Made by a program: the position numbers and the translations under genes. Below are positions 1 to 12,522 of a stretch of 64,000 nt of DNA, one piece after another. Source of the stretch: an uncultured Pseudomonadota bacterium (lineage in GTDB: Bacteria; Pseudomonadota; Gammaproteobacteria; Burkholderiales; SG8-39); assembly GCA_963739205.1 (NCBI GenBank), contig CAVTZJ010000005.1, forward strand, positions 851,819 through 915,818. The letters are read 5' to 3'. The notes below the pieces were generated by a model. It was not told the origin of the DNA. It ran no database searches and worked only from the letters and a program-made list of their open reading frames with translations. How positions within the stretch are numbered: the stretch's first letter is position 1; each line of letters opens with the position of its first letter.

Positions 1-190
1 CGGCGCGCAGCATCGCCTCGAGCATCGCGCACACCGAGCCTTTGCCGTTAGTGCCCGTGACAGTCACCACCGGGCACTCGGGTCGCGCGTTTAGCCGCTC
101 AAGCACCGGCAGCACACGCTCGAGCCCGAGCGCAATCGACTGCGGATGCAGGCGCTCGATGTACTCGAGCCACCCAGCAAGCGTGTTCAG
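1..190 (-). CDS. folC: Bifunctional folylpolyglutamate/dihydrofolate synthase, 5' end only (runs off window)
   Basis: Manual minus-strand translation gives [26 protein letters not shown]...[16 protein letters not shown], with the FolC P-loop GTNGKGS. It lies directly downstream of accD, as usual. The start codon is uncertain (CTG). Confidence 0.9.
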   Translation of the reverse strand, partial: MNTLAGWLEYIERLHPQSIALGLERVLPVLERLNARPECPVVTVTGTNGKGSVCAMLEAMLRA

Positions 191-1059
191 CTGCTTTGCT
201 CCGCGGGGATGTCCTGCAGCATCGAGAGCAGCGCGGCAAGCCTGTCGCGCATCTGGCGCCGATCCATGATCATGTCGATCGCGCCTTTCTCGAGCAAAAA
301 CTCGGCCCGCTGGAAGCCCTCGGGGAGCTTCTGGCGAACGGTTTGCTCGATGACGCGCGGCCCCGCGAACCCGATCAGCGCCTTGGGTTCGGCGATGACG
401 ACGTCGCCGATCATCGCGAAACTCGCTGACACGCCGCCCATGGTCGGATCGGTCAGTACCGAGATGAACGGCAGCCTGCGCTCCGCGAGTTCGGCTACCG
501 CAGCAGTGGTCTTGGCCATCTGCGCCAGCGACAGCAGCCCTTCCTGCATGCGCGCGCCGCCGGACGCGCACACGCATACGAATGGAAGCTTCTGCTCGAT
601 CGCCACGCGCACGCCGCGCACGAAGCGCTCGCCGACCACCGAGCCCATCGACCCGCCCATGAACTCGAATTCGAACGCTGCGCAAACCACGCCTATCGAC
701 TTGATCGAGCCCTGCATCGTTACCAGGGCGTCGGTTTCGCCCGTCTGTTCCTGGGCCTCCGCGAGTCGTTCCGGATAACGGCGCGAATCCTTGAATTTGA
801 GGCTGTCGACCGGCAACACGTCCGCTCCGATCTCGAAGCGACCGTCGGCGTCGAGCAGGGTGTCGAGCCGCGCGCGCGCTCCCAAGCGCTGGTGGAAGCC
901 GCACTTCGGGCATACGTTCAGGTTCTTTTCGAGGTCCGTGCTATAGAGCACGGCATCGCACTCCGGGCACTTGGTCCACAGACCTTCGGGCACCGTCTTG
1001 CGCCCGCCGCCTGCCGTGCGCTGGATCTTCGGCGGAAGGAGTTTCTGCAGCCAGCTCAT
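187..1059 (-). CDS. accD: Acetyl-CoA carboxylase carboxyltransferase beta subunit
   Basis: C4 zinc finger WTKCPEC...CPKC, plus [19 protein letters not shown] and [12 protein letters not shown] motifs. Confidence 0.97.
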   Translation of the reverse strand: MSWLQKLLPPKIQRTAGGGRKTVPEGLWTKCPECDAVLYSTDLEKNLNVCPKCGFHQRLGARARLDTLLDADGRFEIGADVLPVDSLKFKDSRRYPERLAEAQEQTGETDALVTMQGSIKSIGVVCAAFEFEFMGGSMGSVVGERFVRGVRVAIEQKLPFVCVCASGGARMQEGLLSLAQMAKTTAAVAELAERRLPFISVLTDPTMGGVSASFAMIGDVVIAEPKALIGFAGPRVIEQTVRQKLPEGFQRAEFLLEKGAIDMIMDRRQMRDRLAALLSMLQDIPAEQSS

Positions 1060-1859
1060 ATACGTCGATCGAGCGCGCTGCGAATCGGGCGCAACAGGTC
1101 CTTGACGCGCGAGACCGCGTTCGCGGGACCTGCTGCCTCGATTTCCTGGATGATCCGGCTGCCGATTACCACGGCGTCCGCAACCTCGGCTACACGACGC
1201 GCCGATTCCGCATCGCGAATTCCAAAGCCGACGCTGATCGGCAGCGTCGTTGCGGCCCGAATCGCGGGCAAATGCGAGGTAACGTCGTTCAGATCAAGAT
1301 GCCCCGCACCGGTAACGCCTTTGAGCGACACATAATAGATATAGCCGCTTCCGACGCGCGCCACTTCTTTGATCCGCGCCGCGGTGGACGTCGGCGCAAG
1401 CAGGAAGATCACGTCCAAACCACCGCGCTTGGCAAGCTCGGCGAACTGCCCAGCTTCCTCCGGGGGGTAGTCGACGACGATCACGCCGTCCACGCCCGCG
1501 GATGCCGCCCGCGCCACGAAGGTCTCCGCGCCCATCGCCTCAATCGGGTTCGCGTAGCCCATCAGCACAAGCGGCGTGTCGGTGTTACGGGTGCGGAATT
1601 CCCGCACCATCTCGATGACGTCGGAGAGTCCGACGCGATTCGCCAGCGCGCGCTCCGACGAGCGCTGGATGACCGGACCGTCCGCCATCGGATCCGAGAA
1701 CGGCACGCCGAGCTCGAGGACGTCTGCGCCCGCCTCCACCAGCGCGTGCAGCAGCGGCACCGTCAGCGACGGCTCGGGATCACCCGCCGTGATGTACGGG
1801 ATCAATGCCTTGCGCCCAGCCTTGCCAAGCGCCTCGAAGCGCGACCGTATGCGCGACAT
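1056..1859 (-). CDS. trpA: Tryptophan synthase alpha chain
   Basis: [28 protein letters not shown] and VGFGI motifs; adjacent to trpB. Confidence 0.97.
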   Translation of the reverse strand: MSRIRSRFEALGKAGRKALIPYITAGDPEPSLTVPLLHALVEAGADVLELGVPFSDPMADGPVIQRSSERALANRVGLSDVIEMVREFRTRNTDTPLVLMGYANPIEAMGAETFVARAASAGVDGVIVVDYPPEEAGQFAELAKRGGLDVIFLLAPTSTAARIKEVARVGSGYIYYVSLKGVTGAGHLDLNDVTSHLPAIRAATTLPISVGFGIRDAESARRVAEVADAVVIGSRIIQEIEAAGPANAVSRVKDLLRPIRSALDRRI

Positions 1860-1861
1860 CG

Positions 1862-3061
1862 TCAGAACTCGATCCCGGAGCGCTCGGCGACGGTATGCAT
1901 GTCCTTGTCACCGCGACCGGACAAGTTCACAAGCAATATCGCGTCCTTGGGCAAATCGGGGGCGATCTTCGCGGCGTAGGCCACCGCGTGGCTCGACTCG
2001 AGCGCCGGAATGATGCCCTCGTAGCGACATAAATCGTGAAACGCCCGCAGCGCCTCGTCATCGGTCACGGCCACGTATTCGGCGCGTCCGCTGTCCTTCA
2101 GCCAGGCGTGCTCGGGTCCGACGCCAGGATAGTCCAGGCCGGCCGAAATCGAGTGCGTTTCCATGATCTGCCCGTTGGCATCCTGCAGAAGGTACGTGCG
2201 ATTGCCGTGCAGCACGCCCGGTCGGCCGGCGACGAGCGATGCCGCATGCCTGCCGGTGGCGAGTCCCTCGCCGGCAGCCTCGACCCCGATCAGCCGCACC
2301 TTGTCCATACCGAGGTACGCGTGAAAGATCCCGATCGCGTTCGAACCGCCCCCGACGCAGGCGACCACCGCGTCCGGATGCTTGCCCGCGATCTCGGGTA
2401 CCTGTTGCAGGCATTCATTCCCGATCACCGCCTGGAAATCGCGCACCATCATCGGATAGGGATGCGGACCGGCGACAGTACCGATGATGTAGAAGGTGTT
2501 TTCCACGTTCGTCACCCAGTCGCGCATCGCCTCGTTCAGCGCGTCCTTGAGCGTCTTCGAGCCCGACTCTACCGGCACTACGCTCGCCCCGAGCAGCTTC
2601 ATGCGATGAACGTTGGCCGCCTGCCGCTTGACGTCCTCCGACCCCATGTACACGACGCATTGCATGCCGTAGCGCGCAGCGACTGTCGCCGTCGCCACGC
2701 CGTGCTGCCCGGCCCCGGTCTCCGCGATCACGCGCGCTTTGCCCATGCGCCGCGCCAACAACGCCTGGCCCACGGTATTGTTTATCTTGTGCGCGCCGGT
2801 GTGATTCAAATCTTCGCGCTTGAGGAAAATCTGTGCGCCGCCATACTTCTGAGACAGACGCTTGGCGTGGTACACGGGGCTGGGGCGGCCGACGTAGTGT
2901 TTGAGATCATAGCGGAGCTCGGCCTGGAATTCCGCGTCGGCTCGCGAGCGCTCATAGGCTGCGCGCAATTCCTCGAGCGCGTGCATGAGCGTCTCGGCGA
3001 CGAAAACGCCACCATAGGGGCCGAAATGACCCCGGGCGTCTGGCAACTCAACCATCTGCAT
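1862..3061 (-). CDS. trpB: Tryptophan synthase beta chain
   Basis: [16 protein letters not shown] (PLP lysine), AETGAGQHG and NLSGRGDKD. Confidence 0.98.
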   Translation of the reverse strand: MQMVELPDARGHFGPYGGVFVAETLMHALEELRAAYERSRADAEFQAELRYDLKHYVGRPSPVYHAKRLSQKYGGAQIFLKREDLNHTGAHKINNTVGQALLARRMGKARVIAETGAGQHGVATATVAARYGMQCVVYMGSEDVKRQAANVHRMKLLGASVVPVESGSKTLKDALNEAMRDWVTNVENTFYIIGTVAGPHPYPMMVRDFQAVIGNECLQQVPEIAGKHPDAVVACVGGGSNAIGIFHAYLGMDKVRLIGVEAAGEGLATGRHAASLVAGRPGVLHGNRTYLLQDANGQIMETHSISAGLDYPGVGPEHAWLKDSGRAEYVAVTDDEALRAFHDLCRYEGIIPALESSHAVAYAAKIAPDLPKDAILLVNLSGRGDKDMHTVAERSGIEF

Positions 3062-3668
3062 TCCTAACCTCTCTGATGAACGCGGTGATCTTGCCGGCGT
3101 CCTTGATCCCCTTGGCCGACTCGACGCCGCTGGATACGTCTACGCCCCACGGACGCACGATACGAATCGCGTCGCCAACATTGTCGCAGGTGAGCCCCCC
3201 CGAGAGGATAAGCGGCAGGGCTCGCTGCTGCGGCACTACCGACCAGTCGAAGCTCGTCCCGGTACCCCCGTAAGCCTCGACGTAGGCGTCTGCGAGCCAC
3301 CCGCTCGCGCCGCTATAGGGGCGCAGATATTCTAGCAAATCGACGCCTTGCCTCACCCGGCACGCCTTGAGGTAGGGAACCCCGAAGCGCTCGCAGAATT
3401 CGGGACTCTCGTCGCCATGGAACTGTAGGGTATCGGGCCGCACTGTCTCGAGCACGCGTTGCACCTCTTCGACGGACGGATTGACGAACAGCGCCACGGC
3501 GCTGACGAAGGGGGGCAGCGCGCGGCGCAGCGCGCGCGCCTGCTCCAGGCGCAGGAACCGCGGGCTCGGCGGATAAAACACCAGCCCGATCGCGTCGGCG
3601 CCGGCTCGCGCGGCCGTCTGCGCGTCGGGGACTCGCGTAATGCCACAGATCTTTACTCTGGTGCGCAT
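3048..3668 (-). CDS. trpF: Phosphoribosylanthranilate isomerase
   Basis: [19 protein letters not shown] and VDVSSGVE motifs. Confidence 0.96.
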   Translation of the reverse strand: MRTRVKICGITRVPDAQTAARAGADAIGLVFYPPSPRFLRLEQARALRRALPPFVSAVALFVNPSVEEVQRVLETVRPDTLQFHGDESPEFCERFGVPYLKACRVRQGVDLLEYLRPYSGASGWLADAYVEAYGGTGTSFDWSVVPQQRALPLILSGGLTCDNVGDAIRIVRPWGVDVSSGVESAKGIKDAGKITAFIREVRNADG

Positions 3669-3671
3669 CGA

Positions 3672-4463
3672 TCAGTACGCCAGCGGCAAGGCCGCGAGTT
3701 CGCTCCGCGCGACGTCCAGCCCACACGCGTGCGCATAGTCGATTGCCTCGAGATACAGACCCTCGGCGGCGAACGTCGGGGCTGCGCGCGCCCGGTCGCG
3801 CGACTCGAGAACCTCCCCCACCCATGCCGCCGGATGTTTGCCCTTGCCGACGTAGACTAGGGTGCCGACGAGGTTGCGCACCATGTGGTGCAGGAACGCG
3901 TTCGCGGTGAGGACGAAATCAATGCGCTCGCCGCGACGCTCGACGTCGAGGCGATGCACGCTGCGGCGGGGCGACTTCGCCTGGCACTCGGAGGACCTGA
4001 AGGCCGAAAAGTCATGTTCGCCCAGCAGCAGCGCGGCGGCCTCGCGCATTGCCGCGACGTCGAGCGGCAGGTGAAACCAGCCAACGTAGGCCGCGGCGAG
4101 CGCGGGACGCACCGGTCTGTTCAGCAGCACGTAGCGGTAGGTGCGCGACCGAGCGCAATAGCGTGCGTGGAAGCTTGCAGGCACAGGCCTGGCCCACAAC
4201 ACGGCGACCGACCCCGGAAGCACCGCATTGACGCCACGTACCCACGCCGCGAGCGGGCGCTCGGACGTCGTATCGAAGTGCACCACCTGTTCGCGCGCGT
4301 GCACGCCGCGATCGGTGCGCCCAGCGCAGGTCACGCCGACCGGCTCTCCGGCGATCGTCGCCAACGCAGCTTCCAGCGCGTCCTGTACGGTGCCGCCGCT
4401 TGGCTGAGTCTGCCAGCCCAGAAAGCGGCTCCCGTCATATTCGAGGCCGAGCGCGATTCTCAT
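3672..4463 (-). CDS. truA: tRNA pseudouridine(38-40) synthase
   Basis: [21 protein letters not shown] and [11 protein letters not shown] motifs. Confidence 0.96.
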   Translation of the reverse strand: MRIALGLEYDGSRFLGWQTQPSGGTVQDALEAALATIAGEPVGVTCAGRTDRGVHAREQVVHFDTTSERPLAAWVRGVNAVLPGSVAVLWARPVPASFHARYCARSRTYRYVLLNRPVRPALAAAYVGWFHLPLDVAAMREAAALLLGEHDFSAFRSSECQAKSPRRSVHRLDVERRGERIDFVLTANAFLHHMVRNLVGTLVYVGKGKHPAAWVGEVLESRDRARAAPTFAAEGLYLEAIDYAHACGLDVARSELAALPLAY

Positions 4464-4533
4464 CCCGGAAAAAGTTTAGCCACGGCGCCCGCAGTTGTCG
4501 CGGCCGATCCGTGGCTAAGTATGGTTTGCGCCG

Positions 4534-7155
4534 TCAGCCGAGGCTGGAGAGCATCTGCTGCGCCTGGCCTTTCTGCGCGGCGTCGCCTTCCTTCAATACC
4601 TCGTTTAGCAGCTCGCGGGCACCGTCCTTGTCCCCCATGTCCTCATAGGCCTTTGCCAAGTCGAGCTTCGTGGCGACTTCCTGCCACTTGGGGTCGGTTT
4701 CCGTCGCACGCGCCACTGACTCGCCAGCGCCCCCGAGATCCAGGCTGATAGATGACAGGTCGATCGGCGCTTGCGCCGCGCTCGAACCCGACGCCTCCTT
4801 TGGCGCCTTGGTATCGAGATCAAGATCAAAATCTATGCTCCCGGCCTTGTCCGCCGCCTGCGTGTGTACCGCGGGCTGCTCGACGTGTTGAGTCGCGGCT
4901 GGAAGCTCGAAGTCGAGGCCCACATCCGGCGGCTTGGTCTTGTCGGCTGCGCCCAGATCGAAATCGATGCCACTGCTCGCGGTCCGCTCTTCCTCTTTGT
5001 CCATCTTCATCTTCAGCGTCCCGCCGGCCGAAAATGCGCTCTGCTCCGTAGGCAAGGCTTCGTGCGTTCCGGTACCTAGATCGAAGTCAACATCCGCCTT
5101 CCCTGCCTCGGTGCTCTGTGCGGAGTCGAGATCGAAATCTAGCGTCGGCGCCGCAGCGGGCGCCGACTGCAAGGAGATGTCCACCTGGGCGGATTCGGCA
5201 GCGCCGCCACCATATAGGCCGTTCGTCGGATCGATCGAGCGACCGAGCGCGGCCGCCTTCTCCCAATCTGCGCCAGTGCCGTTCGTAAGGCCCTTCAGCT
5301 TCAGCGCGGTCTGCTCGAAGGCGTTCGTATCACGGCGCCCAGAATATATTTCCAGCAGCTTGGCGTGCACGGCTGCGCGATTGGGATCCTTCTGCAGCGC
5401 CTCCTTGAGGATCTCTTCCGCTTGCGCGTCGCGCCCGTAGGCCATGTAAACGTCGGCCTCGGCGATCGGATCGACCTCGTCAGCCCCCAACTCGCCGACG
5501 CCCGCCTGGCTCACCGAGACCTGAGACGGGATGCCCCCAGGTTGTTGTTCCGGCGCGCCCGGCGCCGCGTCTCCCCCGGGACCCTCGGACCCGCCGGCCA
5601 CTACGCTTTCCTGAAAGCTGGTGCGCGCCGACTTCTTGCGCTGCCACGACCAGGCGCCGTAGCCGAGCAGCAATGCTACGACGGCACCTATGCCGCCCAG
5701 CGCGAGCGGGTTCTCCAGCGCTTCGTCGACGAGACTGGGTTCGGGCGGCGGTGGCGGCGCGACTCGCTTCGGCTGCGGCTTGGGTTTCTGTACCGCTGCA
5801 GGAGGGGCCGGATGCGCGGGCGGCTGCGGCGCCGATGCCGCTGGCTGCGTGCCCTGCGGTGGCGGCTGAGGCGCGGGCTGAGGAGCCTGCTCCTGAGGTG
5901 CGGGCTGAGGAGCCTGCTGCTGAGGCGCCGAGGACGCCGGGGCGGGAGCCTGCTGCGCGGCGGCTTGTTTGTGCAGCTCCGCCAGCTGCTCGTTTCTGAC
6001 TTCGAGCAGCTTCTGCAGATCGGAGACGTTCTTCTCGAGGTCGCGAACGCGCGATTGCGCCTCTTCCAGCGCGCGCTCACGCGCGACCGCGTTGTCGCCG
6101 CGGGCGGCGAGGTTCGCGGCGGAACTCGGCTTGCCGGGCTCCGCCTTCGAGAGTTTGAGTTGATCCTGTGTCGCTTGCGGCGTCGGTTCGGCCGGCTTCT
6201 CGGTGATGCGGCCCGCAGCGGTCTGCTGTCCGGTCGATTCACCCTTCGCGAGTTTCGCGGCTGCGGCGGCTGCAGCGAGCTTGCGCCGATACTCCGCGAA
6301 CTCAGCCATATTCGCTCGCACCTGCTCGCGCGCCTCTTCCGGGTCTACGGCCGAAACCTCGTCCTGCCCGGGGATCTTCAATATGCCCCCCGCCTTCACG
6401 AGGTTGACGTTGTCGCGAATGAACGCCTCGCGGTTGGCGCGAAACAGCGCGATCAGCATCTGGTTATACGTCACGCCCTTCAACATGTAACGGCGGGCAA
6501 TCTCGCCGAGCGTGTCGCCCTTTTTGACCTCGTATGTCTGCTCCTTCGCGGGCTCCTTCGCGGGCTCCTTCACCTGCTCTTTCACCGCTTCCTTCGCGGG
6601 CTCCGGCGGCTGTGCCGCTGCCGCCGGCTCCGGAGCCGGTGCGATGGGTTTTTCTTCGACCGACTGGGGCGCCGGCGCTGCCTGCGGTGTCGGACTTTGC
6701 GCCGGAACCGAAACGGGCGGCGCAGGTGGCGGCGCGGCGGCGATCGGCTGCGGTCCCTTGTACTCTGCAGGATCCAGCAGGAACGTGTACTCGCGCATCA
6801 ACCTGCCGCTCGACCACTGCAATTCGACCAGGATGTCGAGGAAAGGCTCGTTCACCGGTTGCGTGGTGCGCAGGTGCAGGACAGCCTTTCGGTCGCGGCG
6901 CTCTACATCGAGCTTTATGCCGAGCAGCACCGGGTTGTATTCGATCCCTGCTTTCGCGAACGCGTCCTGCGAGGCGATGTGCGCATTCAGGGAGTCGAGT
7001 TCGTCGGACTGCTCCGAGACGATTGCGATCTCGGCATTGAGAGGTTGCCCGAGAGCGGAGAGAACGGTGAGCTTGCCCAATCCGACCGCGTGTGCGAGCA
7101 GCGGCGCGAACAGCAGCGCCGCTACGAGCATTCTTCCGGCGATGGATTTGCCCAC
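4534..7155 (-). CDS. fimV: FimV/HubP polar landmark protein
   Basis: N-terminal GLGKLTVLSALGQPLNAEI, LysM (YEVKKGDTL), coiled coil, one TM helix, DPIAEADVYMAYGR and C-terminal ATKLDLAKAY...ARELL. Sits in the asd-fimV-truA context. Start placed at GTG 7155. Confidence 0.93.
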   Translation of the reverse strand: MGKSIAGRMLVAALLFAPLLAHAVGLGKLTVLSALGQPLNAEIAIVSEQSDELDSLNAHIASQDAFAKAGIEYNPVLLGIKLDVERRDRKAVLHLRTTQPVNEPFLDILVELQWSSGRLMREYTFLLDPAEYKGPQPIAAAPPPAPPVSVPAQSPTPQAAPAPQSVEEKPIAPAPEPAAAAQPPEPAKEAVKEQVKEPAKEPAKEQTYEVKKGDTLGEIARRYMLKGVTYNQMLIALFRANREAFIRDNVNLVKAGGILKIPGQDEVSAVDPEEAREQVRANMAEFAEYRRKLAAAAAAAKLAKGESTGQQTAAGRITEKPAEPTPQATQDQLKLSKAEPGKPSSAANLAARGDNAVARERALEEAQSRVRDLEKNVSDLQKLLEVRNEQLAELHKQAAAQQAPAPASSAPQQQAPQPAPQEQAPQPAPQPPPQGTQPAASAPQPPAHPAPPAAVQKPKPQPKRVAPPPPPEPSLVDEALENPLALGGIGAVVALLLGYGAWSWQRKKSARTSFQESVVAGGSEGPGGDAAPGAPEQQPGGIPSQVSVSQAGVGELGADEVDPIAEADVYMAYGRDAQAEEILKEALQKDPNRAAVHAKLLEIYSGRRDTNAFEQTALKLKGLTNGTGADWEKAAALGRSIDPTNGLYGGGAAESAQVDISLQSAPAAAPTLDFDLDSAQSTEAGKADVDFDLGTGTHEALPTEQSAFSAGGTLKMKMDKEEERTASSGIDFDLGAADKTKPPDVGLDFELPAATQHVEQPAVHTQAADKAGSIDFDLDLDTKAPKEASGSSAAQAPIDLSSISLDLGGAGESVARATETDPKWQEVATKLDLAKAYEDMGDKDGARELLNEVLKEGDAAQKGQAQQMLSSLG

Positions 7156-7328
7156 TATTCCGCCCTGAGTCTTTCTTTGATCGCCAAGTAACATAACATC
7201 ATGGTCTTAGGCTTGCAAGCTGAGAGATCTTCTGCAGTTTTGCGGCTTCCAGCCGGAACTAGCTATGAATTTATGCCTCGAGTTCTGGATTTGCTCCTTG
7301 GCGTCCAATCCCACGCGTAGTCCTGGCA

Positions 7329-8453
7329 TCAACCCTTCACGCCGGCGTCCAGCAGGAGTCGGAGCATGCGGCGCAGCGGCTCGGCCGCACCCCACAAGAG
7401 CTGGTCGCCAACCGTAAAGCCGGTCAGATACTCGCCCCCCATGGGCAACTTGCGCAGACGACCGATAGGCACCGCAAGCTTGCCGCTTACCGCTGCGGGC
7501 GTCAGCTGCGCAAGGCTTTCCTCGCGCCGGTTGGGTACCACCTTCGCCCAATCGTGTGCCTCGGCGAGCATGCCTTCGATTTCGTCGAGCGGCACGTCCT
7601 TGCGCAGCTTGATGGTCAGCGCCTGGCTGTGGCAGCGCATCGCGCCGATTCGCACACAGACGCCATCTACCGGTACGGGCCGCCCGTTGCGACCGAGAAT
7701 CTTGTTCGTCTCCGCCTGACCCTTCCATTCCTCCCGACTCTGACCGTTGCCAAGGTCTTTGTCGATCCACGGCAGCAGGCTGCCCGCGAGCGGATGCCCG
7801 ATCTGCGCGCGCGGCAAAGCCGAGTCGCGCAGCGTTTCCGTGACTCGCCGGTCAATGTCTAGCGCGCTCGAGCCCGGGTCCTCCAGCAAGCGCCTCGCAT
7901 CCTCGCCGATATGCGCGATCTGCTCGACGAGTTCACGCATGTTCGCCGCGCCGGCACCCGACGCCGCCTGGTAGGTCATGCTGGTCATCCACTCGACCAG
8001 ATCGTGCTGGAACAGGCCGGCCATGCCCATCAGCATGAGGCTGACGGTGCAGTTTCCACCGATAAAACTCCTGGTGCCACCGGCGAGCGCATCTTTGATA
8101 AGGGGCATGTTTACCGGGTCCAGCACAATCACCGCGTCGTCGTTCATGCGCAGCGCGCTCGCCGCGTCGATCCAGTAGCCTTTCCAGCCTACCGATCGCA
8201 GACGCGGATACACCTCATTCGTATAGTCGCCCCCCTGGCAAGAGACGAGCACCGGAAGCGCCTGCAAGGCATCGAGGTTCTTTGCGTCCCGCACCGCCTC
8301 GGTTTCGCGGCCGATGGCGGGGCCTTTGCCGCCCACCTGGGAGGTAGAAAAGAATACCGGCTCGAAGTGCGCGAAGTCATGCTCCTCGCGCATGCGCTGC
8401 ACGAGCACCGAGCCCACCATCCCGCGCCAGCCGATGATCCCGACCTTCAGCAT
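7329..8453 (-). CDS. asd: Aspartate-semialdehyde dehydrogenase
   Basis: [17 protein letters not shown] and [11 protein letters not shown]. Confidence 0.97.
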   Translation of the reverse strand: MLKVGIIGWRGMVGSVLVQRMREEHDFAHFEPVFFSTSQVGGKGPAIGRETEAVRDAKNLDALQALPVLVSCQGGDYTNEVYPRLRSVGWKGYWIDAASALRMNDDAVIVLDPVNMPLIKDALAGGTRSFIGGNCTVSLMLMGMAGLFQHDLVEWMTSMTYQAASGAGAANMRELVEQIAHIGEDARRLLEDPGSSALDIDRRVTETLRDSALPRAQIGHPLAGSLLPWIDKDLGNGQSREEWKGQAETNKILGRNGRPVPVDGVCVRIGAMRCHSQALTIKLRKDVPLDEIEGMLAEAHDWAKVVPNRREESLAQLTPAAVSGKLAVPIGRLRKLPMGGEYLTGFTVGDQLLWGAAEPLRRMLRLLLDAGVKG

Positions 8454-8477
8454 GACTCGATTTCCGCGACTTTTCCG

Positions 8478-9545
8478 CTAGCTTAGGGCCGCCACCACAA
8501 CGTCCCCCATTGCAACCGTCCCGACCTTCCGGGTACCGGGAGTGTATATGTCGGCGGTGCGTACGCCTTGCTGCAGCGCCCTTTGCACGGCTCGCTCGAC
8601 GCGGTCCGCCGCCTCTTCCCGGCCGAGCGAGTAGCGCAGCAGCATTGCCGCGGACAGGATCGTCGCCAACGGATTGGCCACGCCCTTGCCCGCGATGTCC
8701 GGCGCAGATCCGTGGATCGGCTCGTACAGACCCTTGCCGCGCTCGTCGAGGGAAGCGGACGGCAGCATGCCGATCGAGCCCGTCAACATCGAAGCTTCAT
8801 CGGACAGGATGTCGCCGAACATGTTGCCTGTAACGATCACGTCGAACTGCTTCGGATCGCGCACCAGCTGCATGGCGCAGTTATCCACGTACATGTGCGA
8901 CAGGGATATGTCCGGATACTCCTTGGCGCAATCCGTCACGACCTGCTTCCACAGCTCGGTAGTCTCCAGCACGTTGGCCTTGTCCACCGAGCAAAGACGC
9001 TTGGCGCGCTTGCCTGCCGCCAGGAACGCCACGCGGGCGATGCGCCGGATTTCGCTCTCCCGGTAGCGCATCGTATTGACACCCTCGCGTTCGCCTCCCG
9101 CGAGAGTGCTGATGCCGCGCGGTTCGCCGAAGTAGATGTCTCCGGTGAGCTCGCGCACGATCAGGATGTCGAGGCCCGTGATCACCTCGGGCTTGAGCGA
9201 CGATGCTGCCGCGAGCTCAGGGTACACGCGCGCCGGCCGAAGGTTCGCAAACAATCCGAGCTCCTTGCGCAGGCGCAGCAGGCCGCGCTCAGGGCGTTTG
9301 TCGCGTGGCAGCGAGTCGTATTGCGGCCCGCCGATGGCGCCGAACAGTATCGCGTCGGCCTGGCGCGCCAGCGCGAGGGTCTGCTCGGGCAAGGGGTCGC
9401 CGGATGCTTCGTAGCCGGCGCCGCCCACCGGTGCCTCCTCGAGCTCCAGACGCAGGCCGTCTTCACCCAGCCGACGCAGGACGCGCACCGCCTGGGAAAT
9501 GATCTCGTTGCCGATGCCGTCACCGGCGAGGACCGCGACTTTCAC
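8478..9545 (-). CDS. leuB: 3-isopropylmalate dehydrogenase
   Basis: [20 protein letters not shown] and [12 protein letters not shown]. Start trimmed to GTG 9545. Confidence 0.96.
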   Translation of the reverse strand: MKVAVLAGDGIGNEIISQAVRVLRRLGEDGLRLELEEAPVGGAGYEASGDPLPEQTLALARQADAILFGAIGGPQYDSLPRDKRPERGLLRLRKELGLFANLRPARVYPELAAASSLKPEVITGLDILIVRELTGDIYFGEPRGISTLAGGEREGVNTMRYRESEIRRIARVAFLAAGKRAKRLCSVDKANVLETTELWKQVVTDCAKEYPDISLSHMYVDNCAMQLVRDPKQFDVIVTGNMFGDILSDEASMLTGSIGMLPSASLDERGKGLYEPIHGSAPDIAGKGVANPLATILSAAMLLRYSLGREEAADRVERAVQRALQQGVRTADIYTPGTRKVGTVAMGDVVVAALS

Positions 9546-9552
9546 GGGGCGC

Positions 9553-10194
9553 CTAGCTGAAAATCCAGGGAAACTGCTCGCGCCGTCTCGCCTCGAATGC
9601 CCGGATCTTGTCGGCGTGACGCAGTGTGAGGCCGATGTCGTCAAGACCGTTCAGCAAGCAATGCTTGCGAAACGGCTCGACGTCGAAGCGCGCGAGGAAC
9701 GATTCGTCCAGCGTAGCGACCGTTTGCCGCTCCAGGTCGACGGCCAGCTTGAATCCCGGGAACGAGGCCACGTCGTAGAACAGCCGGTCGACCTCTGCTT
9801 CCGTGAGCACCACGGGAAGCAAACCGTTCTTGTAGCTGTTGTTGAAGAAGATGTCGCCGAACGAGGGCGCGATGACGCAGCGGATGCCGTAATCGAGCAG
9901 AGCCCACGGCGCGTGCTCGCGGGACGACCCGCAACCGAAGTTTTTTCTCGCAAGCAGGATCTGCGCGCTCTTGAAGCGCGCTTGATTGAGCGCAAAATCC
10001 TCCCTAAGCGGCCGCTTGCTGTGGTCCATGCCGGGCTCGCCGTGGTCGCGGTAGCGCCAGGCGTCGAACAGATTGGGCCCGTAGCCGGTCCGCCTGATCG
10101 ACTTCAGGAACTGCTTCGGAATGATGGCGTCCGTGTCGACGTTCGCTCGGTCGAGCGGGACGACGATGCCTTCCAATCGCGTGAATTTCTGCAT
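9553..10194 (-). CDS. leuD: 3-isopropylmalate dehydratase small subunit
   Basis: [13 protein letters not shown] and [11 protein letters not shown]. Start trimmed to ATG 10194. Confidence 0.96.
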   Translation of the reverse strand: MQKFTRLEGIVVPLDRANVDTDAIIPKQFLKSIRRTGYGPNLFDAWRYRDHGEPGMDHSKRPLREDFALNQARFKSAQILLARKNFGCGSSREHAPWALLDYGIRCVIAPSFGDIFFNNSYKNGLLPVVLTEAEVDRLFYDVASFPGFKLAVDLERQTVATLDESFLARFDVEPFRKHCLLNGLDDIGLTLRHADKIRAFEARRREQFPWIFS

Positions 10195-10222
10195 ACCCCA
10201 GCGCGTCTTCCGATGTGTTGAC

Positions 10223-11638
10223 CTAGAAGCTCGAGCGCACGTCGACGAAGTGGCCCGCAATCGCCGCCGCCGCCGCCATCGCAGGGCTGACGAGGTGCGT
10301 CCTGCCGCCGTCGCCTTGCCTGCCCTCGAAATTTCGGTTCGAAGTCGCGGCGCAGCGCTCGCCCGCCTCCAGGCGGTCGGCATTCATCGCCAGGCACATC
10401 GAGCAACCCGGTTCGCGCCACTCGAAGCCGGCGTCGCGGAAGATGCGATCCAGCCCTTCCCTCTCGGCCTGTGCCTTCACCAGCCCGGAGCCGGGCACGA
10501 CCATTGCCAGCCGCACGCCAGGCGCCACCCGCCGGCCCTTGACCATCGCCGCCGCACTGCGCAGGTCCTCGATGCGCGAATTCGTGCACGAGCCGATGAA
10601 GATCTTGTCTAGCCTTATGTCTGTAATGCGCGTGCGCGGCTTCAGCCCCATATAGATCAGCGCGCGCTCCATGCCCTCGCGCTTGGTGCCGTCCTTTTCA
10701 CGCTCCGGGTCGGGCACCATGCCGTCGACCGGCACCACCATCTCGGGCGACGTACCCCAAGTCACCTGCGGCTTGATCTCGCGCGCGTCAAGCGCCACCT
10801 CGCGGTCGAAAACCGCGTCCGGGTCGCTGCGCAAGCTGCGCCAATAGGCGACTGCCTGATTCCAGTCGGGGCCGCTAGGCGAGAACGGTCTGCCCTTCAA
10901 GTATTCGATGGTCGCGTCGTCGACCGCCACCATGCCCGCGCGCGCGCCAGCCTCGATCGCCATGTTGCATAGCGTCATGCGGCCTTCCATCGACAGCGCG
11001 CGGATCGCGCTACCGGCGAACTCGATCGCACTGCCGGTGCCACCGGCGGTCCCGATGCGGCCGATGATCGCGAGCGCCACATCCTTCGCCGTTACGCCGC
11101 GCGCCAGCGGACCTTCCACCAGCACCCGCATGTTGCGCATCTTCCTCGCGATCAGGCATTGCGTGGCCAGCACGTGCTCGACCTCGGAAGTACCGATGCC
11201 GTGCGCCAAGCAGCCAAATGCACCGTGCGTGCTCGTATGAGAATCGCCGCACACCACTGTCATTCCAGGCAGCGTGGCGCCGTTCTCCGGTCCGATCACG
11301 TGCACGATCCCCTGGCGACGGTCGAGAAACGGAAAGTAGGCCTTGGCACCAAACTCGCGGATGTTCACGTCCAGGGTTTCGACCTGGAGGCGCGAAATCG
11401 GATCGCGAATGCCCTCGATTCCGCGCTCCCAGCCCGTCGTCGGCGTGTTGTGGTCGGCGGTCGCGACCACTGATCCGGTGCGCCAGGGTTTGCGCCCGGC
11501 CGCCTTGAGCCCTTCGTAGGCCTGCGGGCTGGTTACCTCGTGCACGAGGTGGCGATCGACGTACAGCAGCGCCGTGCCGTCCTCCTCGACGTGCACGACG
11601 TGCGCGTTCCAGAGTTTGTCGTAGAGCGTCTGTCCCAT
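10223..11638 (-). CDS. leuC: 3-isopropylmalate dehydratase large subunit
   Basis: [30 protein letters not shown] and [11 protein letters not shown]. Confidence 0.97.
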   Translation of the reverse strand: MGQTLYDKLWNAHVVHVEEDGTALLYVDRHLVHEVTSPQAYEGLKAAGRKPWRTGSVVATADHNTPTTGWERGIEGIRDPISRLQVETLDVNIREFGAKAYFPFLDRRQGIVHVIGPENGATLPGMTVVCGDSHTSTHGAFGCLAHGIGTSEVEHVLATQCLIARKMRNMRVLVEGPLARGVTAKDVALAIIGRIGTAGGTGSAIEFAGSAIRALSMEGRMTLCNMAIEAGARAGMVAVDDATIEYLKGRPFSPSGPDWNQAVAYWRSLRSDPDAVFDREVALDAREIKPQVTWGTSPEMVVPVDGMVPDPEREKDGTKREGMERALIYMGLKPRTRITDIRLDKIFIGSCTNSRIEDLRSAAAMVKGRRVAPGVRLAMVVPGSGLVKAQAEREGLDRIFRDAGFEWREPGCSMCLAMNADRLEAGERCAATSNRNFEGRQGDGGRTHLVSPAMAAAAAIAGHFVDVRSSF

Positions 11639-11683
11639 AGGAAGTGTGAAATTATGGCACACCGACCGCGTACCGCGCCGTAC

Positions 11684-12502
11684 TCATCGCGCGCTCCGCG
11701 CCTGCTCGTAGAGCGGCGCAACGCGGGCGGCGTAGACCTTCAAGTCGTCGATGCGCGAGGCGTAGGAAGGGTGCGTGGATAGAAACTGGGGCGGCTGGGA
11801 GTCGCCCAGGCTGGTCATTTTCTGCCACAGGCTGATTGCAGCACGCGGGTCGTAGCCAGCGCGCGCCGCAAGCTCCACCCCGATGCGGTCGGCCTCTGTC
11901 TCGAAGGCGCGCGAATTGGGCAGGTTGACCGTCACGTCCAGTATCACGCGCGACAGGTCCTGCGCAGCGCCTGGCAAACCGGCGACGGCGGCAATAACGC
12001 CGATCGCAATGCTCTGTGCCATGGCTTGCGAGGCGCGCTCGCGCCCGTGCTCGCGCAGAGCGTGGGCGATCTCGTGGCCCATCACTGCCGCCAGCTCATC
12101 GTCGGTCGGTTGCACGCGATCGATCAGACCGGTGTACACGGCAATCTTTCCGCCGGGCATGCACCATGCATTGATCTCCTTCGAGGTCAGGACGTTGCTC
12201 TCCCAGCGCCAAGCTGCCGCATCTGCTCGAAACACTGTCGCTTGCGCGATCAAGCGCTGCGCGATGCCACGCACGCGCGCTACCTGCGCCGGATCGTTGT
12301 TGAGGCGCCCCTTGCGCGCGGCCTCCTCGAGCACATCCCGATATGCGCCGGAGGCGCTCGCATTGACTTTCTCCGACGACAGCAGCATCGTCTGTTGGCG
12401 TTCAACGCCAACCACGCCGGCCTCGGTGGTGCGCACGGTCTGACAACCGGCCGTCAACGCCAGCAGGCCGCAGCAAAACACAGTGGCCGGCGCTCGCTTC
12501 AT
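11684..12502 (-). CDS. M48 family metallopeptidase, lipoprotein
   Basis: Lipobox LTAGC, INAWCMPGG, HEIAH zinc motif, ETEAD and FLSTHP. Confidence 0.9.
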   Translation of the reverse strand: MKRAPATVFCCGLLALTAGCQTVRTTEAGVVGVERQQTMLLSSEKVNASASGAYRDVLEEAARKGRLNNDPAQVARVRGIAQRLIAQATVFRADAAAWRWESNVLTSKEINAWCMPGGKIAVYTGLIDRVQPTDDELAAVMGHEIAHALREHGRERASQAMAQSIAIGVIAAVAGLPGAAQDLSRVILDVTVNLPNSRAFETEADRIGVELAARAGYDPRAAISLWQKMTSLGDSQPPQFLSTHPSYASRIDDLKVYAARVAPLYEQARSAR

Positions 12503-12522
12503 GCGCGATCTCGAGCGCTATT

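Noticed and set aside
5760-6740. Short tandem repeats inside fimV (gcgggctccttc, gcgggctgaggagcc)
   Set aside because: They encode ordinary Pro/Gln/Glu-rich linkers typical of FimV.
5365-7191. 608-aa plus-strand ORF and many similar long overlapping ORFs (e.g. 13786-15663)
   Set aside because: These are shadow frames opposite well-supported genes, expected at high GC.
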